The notes under the pieces are model-generated. The model saw only the letters and a list, made by a program, of their open reading frames with translations, ran no database searches and was not told where the DNA came from. From Terriglobia bacterium (lineage in GTDB: Bacteria > Acidobacteriota > Terriglobia > 20CM-2-55-15), in the NCBI GenBank assembly GCA_965198225.1, contig CBDAOY010000006.1, positions 160,001 through 224,000 of the forward strand: a stretch of 64,000 nt of DNA, in the 5' to 3' direction. Shown here piece after piece: positions 38,334 through 48,183 of the stretch; position 1 is the first letter of the stretch, and each line of letters starts with the position of its first letter. Made by a program: the position numbers and the translations under genes.

Positions 38334-39902
38334 CTAGAACGCCTCGGGGCGCCCCGTGTACTTCTCCCGCATCTGTGGTTTCATCAGTTTGCCGGTTGGA
38401 TTCCTCATGACCTGGTCGAAAATCACCCTTCGGGGAGCTTTGTAAAGCGCCAGACACTCCCTGGCGAAATCGATGACCTCGCCCTGGGTCATCGACTCTC
38501 CTTCTTTCGTCTGGACGATCGCGAGAACGACCTCCACGAGCCGCGGATCGGGACACCCAATACAGGCGACGTCGTCGATCTTCGGATGATTCATCAGCGC
38601 ATCTTCGATCTCGACCGGGTAGATATTCTCGCCGCCGCTGGAGATCATATCCTTCTTCCGATCGACGATGTAGAAGTAGCCTTCATCATCCATCCGGACC
38701 AGGTCCCCTGTCCGCAGCCATCCCTCCTCGAGTGCCGTTTCGGTCAGTTGCGTGTTGTGAAAGTACTCCTTCATCATTCGAGGCGTTCTGAAGGTCAATT
38801 CCCCGACCTTTCCCGCGGAAACATCTTTCCCCGCATCGCCGACAATCCGTGCCTCGACCCCGAACGTGGGTCTTCCGATGGATCCCGGTTTTCGCAAGAC
38901 GTCGCCGGGGTACAGATTGAACGTTCCACCGCCCCCGCCTTCGGTTATCCCGTAGATGTTCGAAACCCCGCAGGGAAGGTGCTCGACAAGCCCCCTCAGC
39001 ACATCGAACGGCACAGGCTGTGCACCGATCTCGAGATACTTCCAACGGGTCAGATCGTAGCGGGAGATGTCGATATGTCCGGCATCGAGCGCGTTGAGCA
39101 GCGCGATCGCTACCGGGACCACAAACAGGGTATCGGTCCCGCTCTCCTCGGCGATCGCCTCGAGGATCCATGCGGGATCGCTGAACTCGCGGAGGATAGT
39201 CCCCGTCGCCCCTGTCGCGTAGAACGGTGCCCAGAGGAACATCGTCCCGCTGTGGTAAAGCGGCAGAAAGAGGAGGTAGTTGTCGTCCTTTTCGACGAAG
39301 TAGCTCATGCCGTTGCCCATCGCTGTCGCGTCGATCGAACCGTGTGTATGGAGCACGGCCTTCGGTGCGCCGGTCGTTCCGGATGTGAACATCATCGCCA
39401 GCTCGTGATCCGGGGAGACGTCGACGATGGCCTCGGAGGCATCTTCGAAGGAGGAAGCCGTCCGAAAATCGACGGCTCCATCCGGGGTTGCAGCTCCAAC
39501 CAACATCCAGACCTCGACGCTCGAAAGCTCGCCCCGGCATTCCTCGACGAGCGGGTTGAATTCGGACCCGAATATGAAAAGGCGGGGGCGGCAGACCTCC
39601 GCCGCGAACACGACGTCTCGAGCGGCGAAGCGGAAGTTCAACGGGACTACTACGGCGCCAATCTTGATTATCGCGTAGTAGCTGACCAGCCATTCGAGCG
39701 AGTTGTGCTGCAAGTGCAGGACGTAATCGCCCCTCCCTATCCCGAGGCGACTGAACAGATAATTCGCGACACGGTTGATCTCCCCGTTGAACTGTTTCCA
39801 GGTAAGCGTGCGTCGCCGGGCCAGCGAGGGTGTGCGCTCGATCAGGCAGACCTTCCGGGGCAGATGCCGCGCGTGGATGACGGCATATCTCGCGTAGTTC
39901 AT
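38334..39902 (-). CDS. Acyl-CoA synthetase (AMP-binding)
   Basis: FTSGTTGAPK, YGITEG, TGDL, RKKDMISSGGENIYP, PTGK. Confidence 0.9.
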   Translation of the reverse strand: MNYARYAVIHARHLPRKVCLIERTPSLARRRTLTWKQFNGEINRVANYLFSRLGIGRGDYVLHLQHNSLEWLVSYYAIIKIGAVVVPLNFRFAARDVVFAAEVCRPRLFIFGSEFNPLVEECRGELSSVEVWMLVGAATPDGAVDFRTASSFEDASEAIVDVSPDHELAMMFTSGTTGAPKAVLHTHGSIDATAMGNGMSYFVEKDDNYLLFLPLYHSGTMFLWAPFYATGATGTILREFSDPAWILEAIAEESGTDTLFVVPVAIALLNALDAGHIDISRYDLTRWKYLEIGAQPVPFDVLRGLVEHLPCGVSNIYGITEGGGGGTFNLYPGDVLRKPGSIGRPTFGVEARIVGDAGKDVSAGKVGELTFRTPRMMKEYFHNTQLTETALEEGWLRTGDLVRMDDEGYFYIVDRKKDMISSGGENIYPVEIEDALMNHPKIDDVACIGCPDPRLVEVVLAIVQTKEGESMTQGEVIDFARECLALYKAPRRVIFDQVMRNPTGKLMKPQMREKYTGRPEAF

Positions 39903-40045
39903 AGCGGCATTCAGGCGAGGTTCCGCTGGAGAATAGCAGCCGCATGCCCACCTCAGCAAGAATCGAAGTTGACGACAGGCCGTTACAACGGCTTCCAAAC
40001 GGGTGTAGTGTGGTGTTTTCCGGTCATTGAAGCCGTGAGGCAGCA

Positions 40046-40936
40046 TTGAACATCCATCTCGTCGACGGAACCTACGAGCTCTTCCGGCACTTCTTTGCGG
40101 TCCCCTCATCTAAAGATGACGCGGGCAACGAGATTGGCGCGGTTCGGGCGGTGGTCGGCTCGGTTCTTGGAATGCTCGAAGACGGGGCGACTCATGTCGG
40201 GGTCGCGACCGACCACGTCATTGAGTCCTTCCGAAACGGGCTCTATTCCGGCTACAAAACCGGCGCGGGAATCGATCCGGACCTCTTCGGTCAGTTCATT
40301 CCCATCGAAGACGCGCTGGAAGCGCTGGGTGTCCGCGTCTGGCCGATGGTGGACCAGGAAGCCGACGATGCCCTGGCTGCGGCGGCGGCACGAGGAGCGG
40401 AGGATGTCCGGGTGGAACGCGTTTTCCTCTGCACGCCCGATAAGGACCTGGCGCAATGTGTCGTCGGGGACCGTGTCGTGCAACTCGATCGCCGAAAGAA
40501 CGTCGTTCGGGGTGAACGCGGGATCTGGGACAAGTTCGGTGTCGCCCCGGCCTCGATCCCGGACTACCTGGCACTTGTCGGCGACAGCGCGGATGGATTT
40601 CCCGGACTACCGGGTTGGGGAGCCAAGGGAACCTCCGGCGTGCTCGCACGCTACCCCCACTTGGAAGACATCCCACCGAGAGCCGAGGAGTGGACCGTCT
40701 CGGTGCGCGGCGCGAGGCGGCTGGCCGAGGTCCTGTCCGAGCAGATGGATGCTGCCCTGTTGTTCCGGGATCTGGCAACCCTTCGGACCGACTTTGTCGT
40801 CTTCGCCGACATCGACGAACTGCATTGGAAGGCTACGAGTCCTGACTTCGCCGGCATGTGCGAGCGGATGAATGCGCCTTATCTCAGTGAGCGCGCCGAC
40901 CGGCTAGCCAGCCGCCGGGGGGCAGTCAGTAGTTAG
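40046..40936 (+). CDS. 5'-3' exonuclease / flap endonuclease
   Basis: LVDGT, YK, EADD, DKD, LVGDSADGFPG helix-turn-helix. Confidence 0.88.
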   Translation: MNIHLVDGTYELFRHFFAVPSSKDDAGNEIGAVRAVVGSVLGMLEDGATHVGVATDHVIESFRNGLYSGYKTGAGIDPDLFGQFIPIEDALEALGVRVWPMVDQEADDALAAAAARGAEDVRVERVFLCTPDKDLAQCVVGDRVVQLDRRKNVVRGERGIWDKFGVAPASIPDYLALVGDSADGFPGLPGWGAKGTSGVLARYPHLEDIPPRAEEWTVSVRGARRLAEVLSEQMDAALLFRDLATLRTDFVVFADIDELHWKATSPDFAGMCERMNAPYLSERADRLASRRGAVSS

Positions 40937-41030
40937 TGGCCGGTGGTCGGTGGTCAGTTGTAGGTTGAGCAGTCAGAACATTGCGCTACCCAATCTTCAA
41001 CTGACTACTGACTACTAACGACCGACTACT
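40924..41030. repeat. ACTGACT-type heptamer hairpin upstream of bfr
   Basis: cagtcagtagttagtgg...caactgactactgactactaacgaccgactact. Confidence 0.6.
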
Positions 41031-41063
41031 TTCAGATAAACTGTCGGCCGTGATGGAGGCATT

Positions 41064-41519
41064 ATGAACGCACGAAAGAAGAAGAAGGTCGTCGAAACGT
41101 TGAACAAGATTCTGGAGTACGAACTCGCCGGTTCCATTCATTACACCCACTACTCGTTCATGGTATTCGGCTACACCAGGATCCCGATCGTAAGTTGGAT
41201 GCAAAGCCAGGCTGATGAATCAATGCTGCACGCTCGGGAAGCGGGCGAGATGGTCACCCAGCTCGGAGCCCATCCATCTTTGTCGATCGGACCGCTGCTG
41301 GAAACGCACAAGCACGACATCGGCGATATTCTGCGCGAGTCGCTCGGACACGAGAAGGCGACGTTGAAATACTACGAAGAGTTGCTCGATCTGGTCGAAG
41401 GCGCCGACGTGATGCTGGAAGAGTTTGCTAGAGACCACATCGCGCTGGAAGTGAAACACATCGGCGAGGTCGACAAGATGTTGCGCAAGCCGGGCGACAT
41501 CGATCGGTTTGAAAAGTAG
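41064..41519 (+). CDS. bfr: Bacterioferritin / ferritin-like protein
   Basis: ELA..Y, ESMLHA, EKA, EVKH ferroxidase-type ExxH pattern; 151 aa. Confidence 0.8.
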   Translation: MNARKKKKVVETLNKILEYELAGSIHYTHYSFMVFGYTRIPIVSWMQSQADESMLHAREAGEMVTQLGAHPSLSIGPLLETHKHDIGDILRESLGHEKATLKYYEELLDLVEGADVMLEEFARDHIALEVKHIGEVDKMLRKPGDIDRFEK

Positions 41520-41594
41520 TCAGTGGTCAGTAATCAGTAGTCAGTTGAAGATCGCAAGAACTAACTGACTACCGACTACTGACAGCTGGCTACT
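41516..41594. repeat. ACTGACT-type heptamer hairpin downstream of bfr
   Basis: agtagtcagtggtcagtaatcagtagtcagttg...aactgactaccgactactgac. Confidence 0.6.
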
Positions 41595-42972
41595 TGCCAA
41601 AATAGGCTCTTCCCTCCTTCGTCAGAAGGGCCCATCCCGCATAGATGCCCATGGCCGTTCCGAACGGAAACATCGAAAGAAGGACTACCGCGACGATCAG
41701 CGTCACGATGCGCGCTCGGTTGTTGTAGCGGAGCAGTCCCCTACCCGCCCAGACCATCACAGCGCCCACGGCGATGGAGAACACGCTGACCGACTGGACC
41801 AGGAAGAATACCGGCAGTTCCGTTATCTGTGCAAGCCGTCCGATAATCGCTCCCAGCAACCCTCCCAGTATGGTGAATCCTCCCATGACGATCATCAGCC
41901 ATCCATTCACCTTGATGTGGCGCGGCATGTTCCACTCTTTGCCTTGGGCGCCGGCGCCCGGAGGGGTCGGGGGGTAACCTGGGTGCGGCGCAGAACCGCC
42001 TGCGGGAGGAGGTGTTTGCGTGTAACCGGTCGAGATCTCGGCGGTCCTCGGAGGTGGAGGTTGTGGCGTGACCTGCAGTGGAGTCGGCTGCACTGGTAGG
42101 GCATGCATCGAACTGCTGTCGCGACGGACACGCTTTAGATCGGCCCTCAGATCGGCCGCGGTCTGGTAGCGTACGTTTCGATCCTTCTCCAGCGCGCGGT
42201 CGATGACCAGTGGTATACCTGCCGGTATCTTGGGATTCAACTGGGCGATGGGCACCGGCACCCGATTCAGGACCGCGTCGAACAAGAGCCCCGAGGTGTT
42301 TCCATTGAAGGCCGGGCGGCCGGCGATCATTTCGTAGAGAACCGCACCGAAGGAGAACAGATCCGACCGCCCGTCCAGCTCCTCACCGCTGACCTGCTCG
42401 GGGGACATGTAGGCAATCGTGCCCACGGTGGAACCGGGATTCGTCAACTGGGGGTCGCCGGTCAACGTGAGCTCGTCGGCCCCGGTCGATCCCGGGCGGT
42501 CGGCCGCCAGTTTCGCAAGGCCGAAATCGAGCAGTGTGGCATGCCCTCGCGACGAGATCATGATGTTGGCCGGTTTGATGTCCCGGTGGACGATCCCGCT
42601 GGCGTGCGCGGCATCAAGAGCATCCGCCAGTTGAATCGCGACCTCGAGGAACTCATCGGGCTGCAACGGGCGGCGAGCCACGCGATCACGAATGTCTTCA
42701 CCATCGAGCAATTCCATTACGATGAAAGGCCGGCCCTGATGCTCGCCGATGTCGAAAATAGTGCAGATGTGGGGGTGATGGAGAGAGGAGGCAGCCCTGG
42801 CCTCACGCTCGAAGCGTTCCATCGCCTGGCGATTCTTCGCGTAGTCATCCGGCAGGAACTTCAGGGCGACTGCGCGCCCGAGCCTCGGATCGTCGGCCTT
42901 GTAGACGACACCCATGCCGCCACTGCCGAGCTGCGACACTATGTTGTAATGCGAGACCGTCCGGCCGATCAC
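41590..42972 (-). CDS. Ser/Thr protein kinase with Pro-rich linker and C-terminal TM helices
   Basis: GSGGMGVV, HRDIKPAN, DFGLAK, YMSPEQ. Confidence 0.9.
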   Translation of the reverse strand: MIGRTVSHYNIVSQLGSGGMGVVYKADDPRLGRAVALKFLPDDYAKNRQAMERFEREARAASSLHHPHICTIFDIGEHQGRPFIVMELLDGEDIRDRVARRPLQPDEFLEVAIQLADALDAAHASGIVHRDIKPANIMISSRGHATLLDFGLAKLAADRPGSTGADELTLTGDPQLTNPGSTVGTIAYMSPEQVSGEELDGRSDLFSFGAVLYEMIAGRPAFNGNTSGLLFDAVLNRVPVPIAQLNPKIPAGIPLVIDRALEKDRNVRYQTAADLRADLKRVRRDSSSMHALPVQPTPLQVTPQPPPPRTAEISTGYTQTPPPAGGSAPHPGYPPTPPGAGAQGKEWNMPRHIKVNGWLMIVMGGFTILGGLLGAIIGRLAQITELPVFFLVQSVSVFSIAVGAVMVWAGRGLLRYNNRARIVTLIVAVVLLSMFPFGTAMGIYAGWALLTKEGRAYFGK

Positions 42973-43121
42973 GAAATCCCCCCCTGGTCGCTATATGGTA
43001 CCCCCTTGCAGGAGAGCGGTCCACGGACACTAATCGGAAGGGCCCATAAGAGAGCTTTGGCCAAGGACGAAGCGTCGGGGAACGATGGATCTCTTCTTGC
43101 GTTAAGGATGAAACCCCATTT

Positions 43122-43280
43122 ATCGCAGATTGATCAGTGGACAAATCCGCATTGGAAGTTGGAGATTCGAAATTGCTCGATTTGTCATCGGCCGGGACTT
43201 CGATCAGAAAGAATTTGAAATGAAGCAATTTCCAATGAGCAACCTGCAATGCGGATTGTTCAAATACCGCAATTTGCGAT
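43122..43280 (+). repeat. TTG-periodic hairpin repeat family, full copy
   Basis: Both arms match the copies in the nuo operon. Confidence 0.8.
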
Positions 43281-43406
43281 CGACGCAGTGTCTGCGTTTC
43301 GCGAAATGATCCCTAGGAGAGCCAATGTGAGGGGGATAGGGGCCTGGCCCTGCCCCGGGTGGTTGCTGAGCAGAAAAGTCCGTAAAACGTTGTCGCGGTG
43401 CGAAGG

Positions 43407-43433
43407 GTGTGCGGTCATAGACCGCACCTACAC
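43407..43433. repeat. Single REP next to the oadB stop codon
   Basis: gtgtgcggtcatagaccgcacctacac. Confidence 0.75.
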
Positions 43434-44564
43434 TCAACCCACGACGGCCAGCAGGAAACCGGCCGCAACGGCGGATCCGATGACACCGGCCACATTCGGG
43501 CCCATCGCGTGCATCAAGAGGTGGTTGTGATGGTTCGACTCGAGGCCGACCCGGTTGACGACGCGGGCCGCCATCGGCACGGCCGAAACTCCCGCCGCGC
43601 CGATCAGGGGGTTGACCTTGCCCGCGCTCAGGCGGTACATGGCTTTGCCCATCAGGACCCCGGCCGAGGTACCGACGGCGAAAGCGACCAGACCGATCGA
43701 AAGGATACCGATCGTTTCAGCGGTCAGGAATTCTTCGGAACGGAGTTTCGAGCCGACGGCAAGCCCGAGGAAGATCGTAACTGCGTTGATGATCTCGTTC
43801 TGAGCGGACTTCGAGAGACGCTCGACCACGCCACACTCCTTCAAGAGGTTGCCAAAGACCAGCATACCGATGAGCGGAGACGCGGTGGGAAGCAACAGAA
43901 CGACGAGCAGGAGAACCGTAAAGGGAAACAGGATGCGTTCCAGGCGGGAGACCGGCCGGAGCTGCTCCATCACGACTGAACGTTCCTTCTCGGTCGTCAA
44001 CGCTCTCATGATCGGGGGCTGGATGATCGGAACCAGAGCCATGTAGGAATAGGCAGCCACGGCGATCGCGCCGAGGAGCGCCGGGCTGAGTCGAGACGCC
44101 AGGAAGATCGCGGTCGGGCCATCGGCTCCCCCGATGATGCCGATCGCAGCGGCGTCGGCGAGGGAGAAATCCAATCCCGGAATGAGGTTCATCGCCAGCG
44201 ATCCCATCAATGTGAAGAAGATTCCGAACTGGGCGGCGGCCCCCAGGATCAGTGTCGGTGGGTTGGCGATCAAGGCGCCAAAGTCGGTATGAGCGCCGAC
44301 GCCCATGAAGATCAAGAGCGGGAACACTCCGGTTTCGACCCCGACGGTGTATATGTACCCCAGAAGCCCTTCGGAGCCGCTGATCCCGGCAACCGGGATG
44401 TTGCTCAGGATCGCACCAAATCCGATCGGGATCAGCAGAAGAGGCTCGAACTCTTTGGAGATCGCGAGGTAGATCAGTACGCCGCCGACGGCGATCATCA
44501 GCAACTGGCCGAATTCGAAGTGGGCGAGCCCGGTCGTGGCCCACAGTCTTGTGAGGAGTTCCAC
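43434..44564 (-). CDS. oadB: Na+-translocating oxaloacetate decarboxylase beta subunit
   Basis: [51 protein letters not shown]. Confidence 0.95.
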   Translation of the reverse strand: MELLTRLWATTGLAHFEFGQLLMIAVGGVLIYLAISKEFEPLLLIPIGFGAILSNIPVAGISGSEGLLGYIYTVGVETGVFPLLIFMGVGAHTDFGALIANPPTLILGAAAQFGIFFTLMGSLAMNLIPGLDFSLADAAAIGIIGGADGPTAIFLASRLSPALLGAIAVAAYSYMALVPIIQPPIMRALTTEKERSVVMEQLRPVSRLERILFPFTVLLLVVLLLPTASPLIGMLVFGNLLKECGVVERLSKSAQNEIINAVTIFLGLAVGSKLRSEEFLTAETIGILSIGLVAFAVGTSAGVLMGKAMYRLSAGKVNPLIGAAGVSAVPMAARVVNRVGLESNHHNHLLMHAMGPNVAGVIGSAVAAGFLLAVVG

Positions 44565-44572
44565 CCGTTGCC

Positions 44573-46360
44573 TCAGGCGATGTAGAGAAGAGCGTCCCCG
44601 GCGTGAACCGATGAACCTTCGCGGACGACTATAGACGTGATACGGCCCGCGCGAGCGGCCCGGACCTCGTTCTCCATCTTCATCGCTTCGAGGACGATGA
44701 CGACATCGCCTGCCTGCACCTGTTGCCCCTCGGCAACGGCGACCTTGAAGACGGTGCCGGTCAAGGGAGACGGGAGCGCTTCGCCCTGACTGGACGCTAG
44801 GGCCGGCACCTGTACAGGGCCAGCCGCGGCCGACGCCGGCTGGACCGACGTGACGGCTCCTGCGGGGGTCACTTCGACGTCATAAGGATTACCGTTGACG
44901 GCGACGCGGTAATGCACCGGATGGCTGGGGCCGGACCCGGCGGCCTGCGTGGCGGCCGGGGACGGGGGTTCAGCCTTTTCTTTCCACGGAGGTGGCTCGA
45001 ACTTATCGGGGTCGTCCCTGTTCCTCAGGAAGCGCAGGCCCACCTGAGGGAACAACGCGTAGATCAACACATCCTCGATCCGATTAGCCGCTCGCCGGAT
45101 TCCTTTTTCACCGTTCAACTCCGCGCTGAGTTTCTCGACTTCAGGCGCGAGCAGGTCCGCCGGCCGGCACGTCACCGGATCGGTGCCGTTCAGGACACGC
45201 GTTCTCAACGCCTCGTTGACCGGGGCCGGGGTACGCCCGTATTCGCCCTTCAGCACCGCCGCAGTCTCTTTCGTGATGCTCTTGTAGCGCTCACCGGACA
45301 GCACGTTGACGATCGACTGCGTGCCCACGATCTGAGAGGTCGGCGTTACCAGCGGGATGAAACCAAGGTCCTCGCGAACTTTGGGCATCTCTTCGAGGAC
45401 CTCGCCCAGCCGATCGGCCGCGTCCTGCTCCCGCAGCTGGTTCTCCATGTTCGTGAGCATTCCTCCGGGAACCTGCGCGATGAGTATGCGCGAATCGACC
45501 CCCCGCAGCGAGCCTTCGAACTTGGCGTACTTCTTGCGGACATCCCGGAAATAGCCGGCGATTTCCTCCAGCAGATGCAGGTCGAGACCGGTTTCCCGAT
45601 CGGTGCCCTGCAATATCGCGACGATCGACTCGGTCGCCGGATGGCCGTAGGTGTGGCTCATCGACGATATCGCAGTGTCGGCAAAATCCAGACCCGCTTC
45701 GATGGACTTCACCAGCGTCGAGGTACTCATCCCGGTCGTCGCGTGAGACTGCATCGCGATCGGTACCGACACCGTATCTTTCAGTCTCGAGACCATCTCG
45801 TGGGCGACATAGGGTTTCAGCAGGCCTGCCATGTCCTTGACACAGATCGACTGGCAACCGAGATCCTCGAGCTTCTTCCCCATCTCGACCCACATATCCA
45901 TAGTGTGGACCGGACTGATCGTGTAAGAAATGGTCCCCTGGGCGTGCTTTCCGACCTTGAGCGTCGCCGCGATGGCGGCTTTGAGGTTCCGCATGTCGTT
46001 CATCGCATCGAATATGCGGAAGACATCCATCCCGTTCTCGGCGGCCGTCTCGACAAAGGCTTCGACGACGTCGTCTGCGTAGTGGCGGTAACCGAGGATG
46101 TTCTGGCCCCGGAACAGCATCTGCATCCGGGTGTTGGGCATCGCCGCCCGTATCAGTCGCAGACGTTCCCACGGGTCCTCTCCCAGAAAACGGATGCACG
46201 CGTCGAACGTCGCGCCGCCCCACATCTCGGCCGACCACAGGCCGACCTTGTCCAGCCGATCGCATATCGGCAGCATGTCGTCGATTCGCATGCGCGTCGC
46301 CAGCAGCGACTGGTGCGCGTCACGAAGTACAAGTTCGGTAATGCCGAGTGGTTTCTTCAT
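44573..46360 (-). CDS. oadA: Oxaloacetate decarboxylase alpha subunit
   Basis: [36 protein letters not shown]; biotinyl EAMKM. Confidence 0.95.
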   Translation of the reverse strand: MKKPLGITELVLRDAHQSLLATRMRIDDMLPICDRLDKVGLWSAEMWGGATFDACIRFLGEDPWERLRLIRAAMPNTRMQMLFRGQNILGYRHYADDVVEAFVETAAENGMDVFRIFDAMNDMRNLKAAIAATLKVGKHAQGTISYTISPVHTMDMWVEMGKKLEDLGCQSICVKDMAGLLKPYVAHEMVSRLKDTVSVPIAMQSHATTGMSTSTLVKSIEAGLDFADTAISSMSHTYGHPATESIVAILQGTDRETGLDLHLLEEIAGYFRDVRKKYAKFEGSLRGVDSRILIAQVPGGMLTNMENQLREQDAADRLGEVLEEMPKVREDLGFIPLVTPTSQIVGTQSIVNVLSGERYKSITKETAAVLKGEYGRTPAPVNEALRTRVLNGTDPVTCRPADLLAPEVEKLSAELNGEKGIRRAANRIEDVLIYALFPQVGLRFLRNRDDPDKFEPPPWKEKAEPPSPAATQAAGSGPSHPVHYRVAVNGNPYDVEVTPAGAVTSVQPASAAAGPVQVPALASSQGEALPSPLTGTVFKVAVAEGQQVQAGDVVIVLEAMKMENEVRAARAGRITSIVVREGSSVHAGDALLYIA

Positions 46361-46400
46361 GTGTATCTATCGGCCATCCGCCCGGAGCGGCGGCCACATT

Positions 46401-46652
46401 TCATTCCTTCATGCCGACACTCGTCCGGTGCGCGTGTATCGACGCGGCAATGGCTGCGATCACCTCGGCGTCGCTGCTTGCGGAACCCTGGATCAAGGAT
46501 GGTTCGGCCGCGACCGCCGGTTCCGGGAAGAGTGCGGCGAAGCGGGACATTGCCTTGACGGCAAGCACCATCATGCCCAACAGAAAAAAGACGACACCCA
46601 TACCCACCAGCATCAGTTGGGCGCCTTCTCTCAGCAGATCTGTAACCATCAC
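46401..46652 (-). CDS. oadG: Oxaloacetate decarboxylase gamma subunit
   Basis: GMGVVFF TM, Pro/Ala linker, IAAIAASIHAHR; position before oadA. Confidence 0.88.
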   Translation of the reverse strand: MMVTDLLREGAQLMLVGMGVVFFLLGMMVLAVKAMSRFAALFPEPAVAAEPSLIQGSASSDAEVIAAIAASIHAHRTSVGMKE

Positions 46653-46927
46653 TTCCCTAGAACCTTGACGCAGAGCTGAGCATGTTCTTCCGGAATTCCA
46701 CGAGGAACGGCTCGGGTCTCGCTCTCAGGAAGGCACATGTTAGCACATGAAAAGCGCGGTTTCATGGTATGCCCGAACCCCAGCGCAAGTCGTTGACCTC
46801 GCTCAAACGCAACAACGGGCAACCCCGATCCTTCAGGACCAAGGCTGCCCGTTTCTGGCTCGATAAGGAAAATCATTCGACGGCGCCCGACGATCCAACG
46901 AGCGGGCCGGACGCTATCGGTTTGCGA

Positions 46928-48109
46928 TCAGTAGTGGCTGATGCTTTTGTACTCCGGCAGACCCGTTACGTGATCCTTGAACATGTGGTTCCGGACGTGG
47001 CCCTTCGCCATGGTCTTCTCGGCACCCATCATCCACGCCAGGGTCGGAGCCATATCCATCCGGTTCACGACGTCCTTGATGCGCACGCCCTCCTTGAAGT
47101 CCGGACCGAACCAGACGCTGGCCGGGCGGTGCGCGTAGTAGTAACCGTCGGAGTGATGGATCTCACCGTACAGGTTCACCTCGTCATCGCGGCCCGTCTC
47201 CGGACGGATGACGATCGCGGTGTTCGTGCTGAAGTACGGGTCGTTCCGGACGAAGTCGTAGATCTGACCGAACATCTCGTCGGTCGATCGCGCAACGTCG
47301 GAGTAATCCAGATAACCTGTCTCATCACGGAGGTAGCCGCCGGCGCCGTGGCCGGTGTCGTGGGCGACCATCTGCACCGTGATGATCCGCGGCTTGAACT
47401 CCTGCAGAACATGCGGAACCAGCGCCAGGGCGTGGCCTTCCTGCATGTGCGGAGTCCGTTGTGGATACGGCGTCTCGAGTTTCGGTTCCCAGAGCCGGTC
47501 CTTCTGGACGCCGTCGACGAAGTCCTCGATCTGGCTCAACTCTTTCGCCGTCAGGTCCATGTCGGGAGTGAACTGCTGCTTGACGATCTCGGCCGCCGTC
47601 ATGTCCTGGCCATCGTAGAATGCGTCGTGAGCCTGCAGGCTCGCCCCTCGGGTCTCCTGACCGAAGTCCGGGTGGGACGTGTAGTACTTCCGGTGGAACC
47701 GCCACTGGCGGTAGTAGGACACCGGGTTCACGTACCAGTAATTGCTCGCAGCATCCCCGTTTGCCTTCCGGGCGTAATGCTGGAAGGTCGGGAACATCGG
47801 CTGGTCGCTGGAAACATCCAGACCGGTGAGGTACTCGGTGAACATGTATCCATGGTTGGACACGTGCGTTCCGTGATCCTCCTCGAACACGGTGGACTTT
47901 TCCAACATCGGTCTGATCTTGATGGCGACGTCTTCGCGCTCGTAGTACTCCTTCTTGCGCGCGCCGTTGCCGTTCATGATCAGGATGATGTGCTTGGTCT
48001 TCAAGCCATGATCCGAACCCTGGGCCCAGACCTCCGGCCCCAGCTTCGTCATCGCGGCAGCGCCCAGGCCGGCGCCGCCCGCGGTCTTGAGGAATCCACG
48101 TCTGTTCAT
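46928..48109 (-). CDS. Tat-exported alkaline-phosphatase-superfamily-like protein
   Basis: NRRGFLK twin-arginine signal; KHIILI..NGAR, HDTGH, RPETGRD, HHSD, FGPD, DMAPTL. Confidence 0.65.
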   Translation of the reverse strand: MNRRGFLKTAGGAGLGAAAMTKLGPEVWAQGSDHGLKTKHIILIMNGNGARKKEYYEREDVAIKIRPMLEKSTVFEEDHGTHVSNHGYMFTEYLTGLDVSSDQPMFPTFQHYARKANGDAASNYWYVNPVSYYRQWRFHRKYYTSHPDFGQETRGASLQAHDAFYDGQDMTAAEIVKQQFTPDMDLTAKELSQIEDFVDGVQKDRLWEPKLETPYPQRTPHMQEGHALALVPHVLQEFKPRIITVQMVAHDTGHGAGGYLRDETGYLDYSDVARSTDEMFGQIYDFVRNDPYFSTNTAIVIRPETGRDDEVNLYGEIHHSDGYYYAHRPASVWFGPDFKEGVRIKDVVNRMDMAPTLAWMMGAEKTMAKGHVRNHMFKDHVTGLPEYKSISHY

Positions 48110-48183
48110 GATTTCTCCTTACGTTTTGTTGAGCCTTGCTGTTGCTTATAAGTTCCTAACTCTGGAATCGATGGCCACACCTT

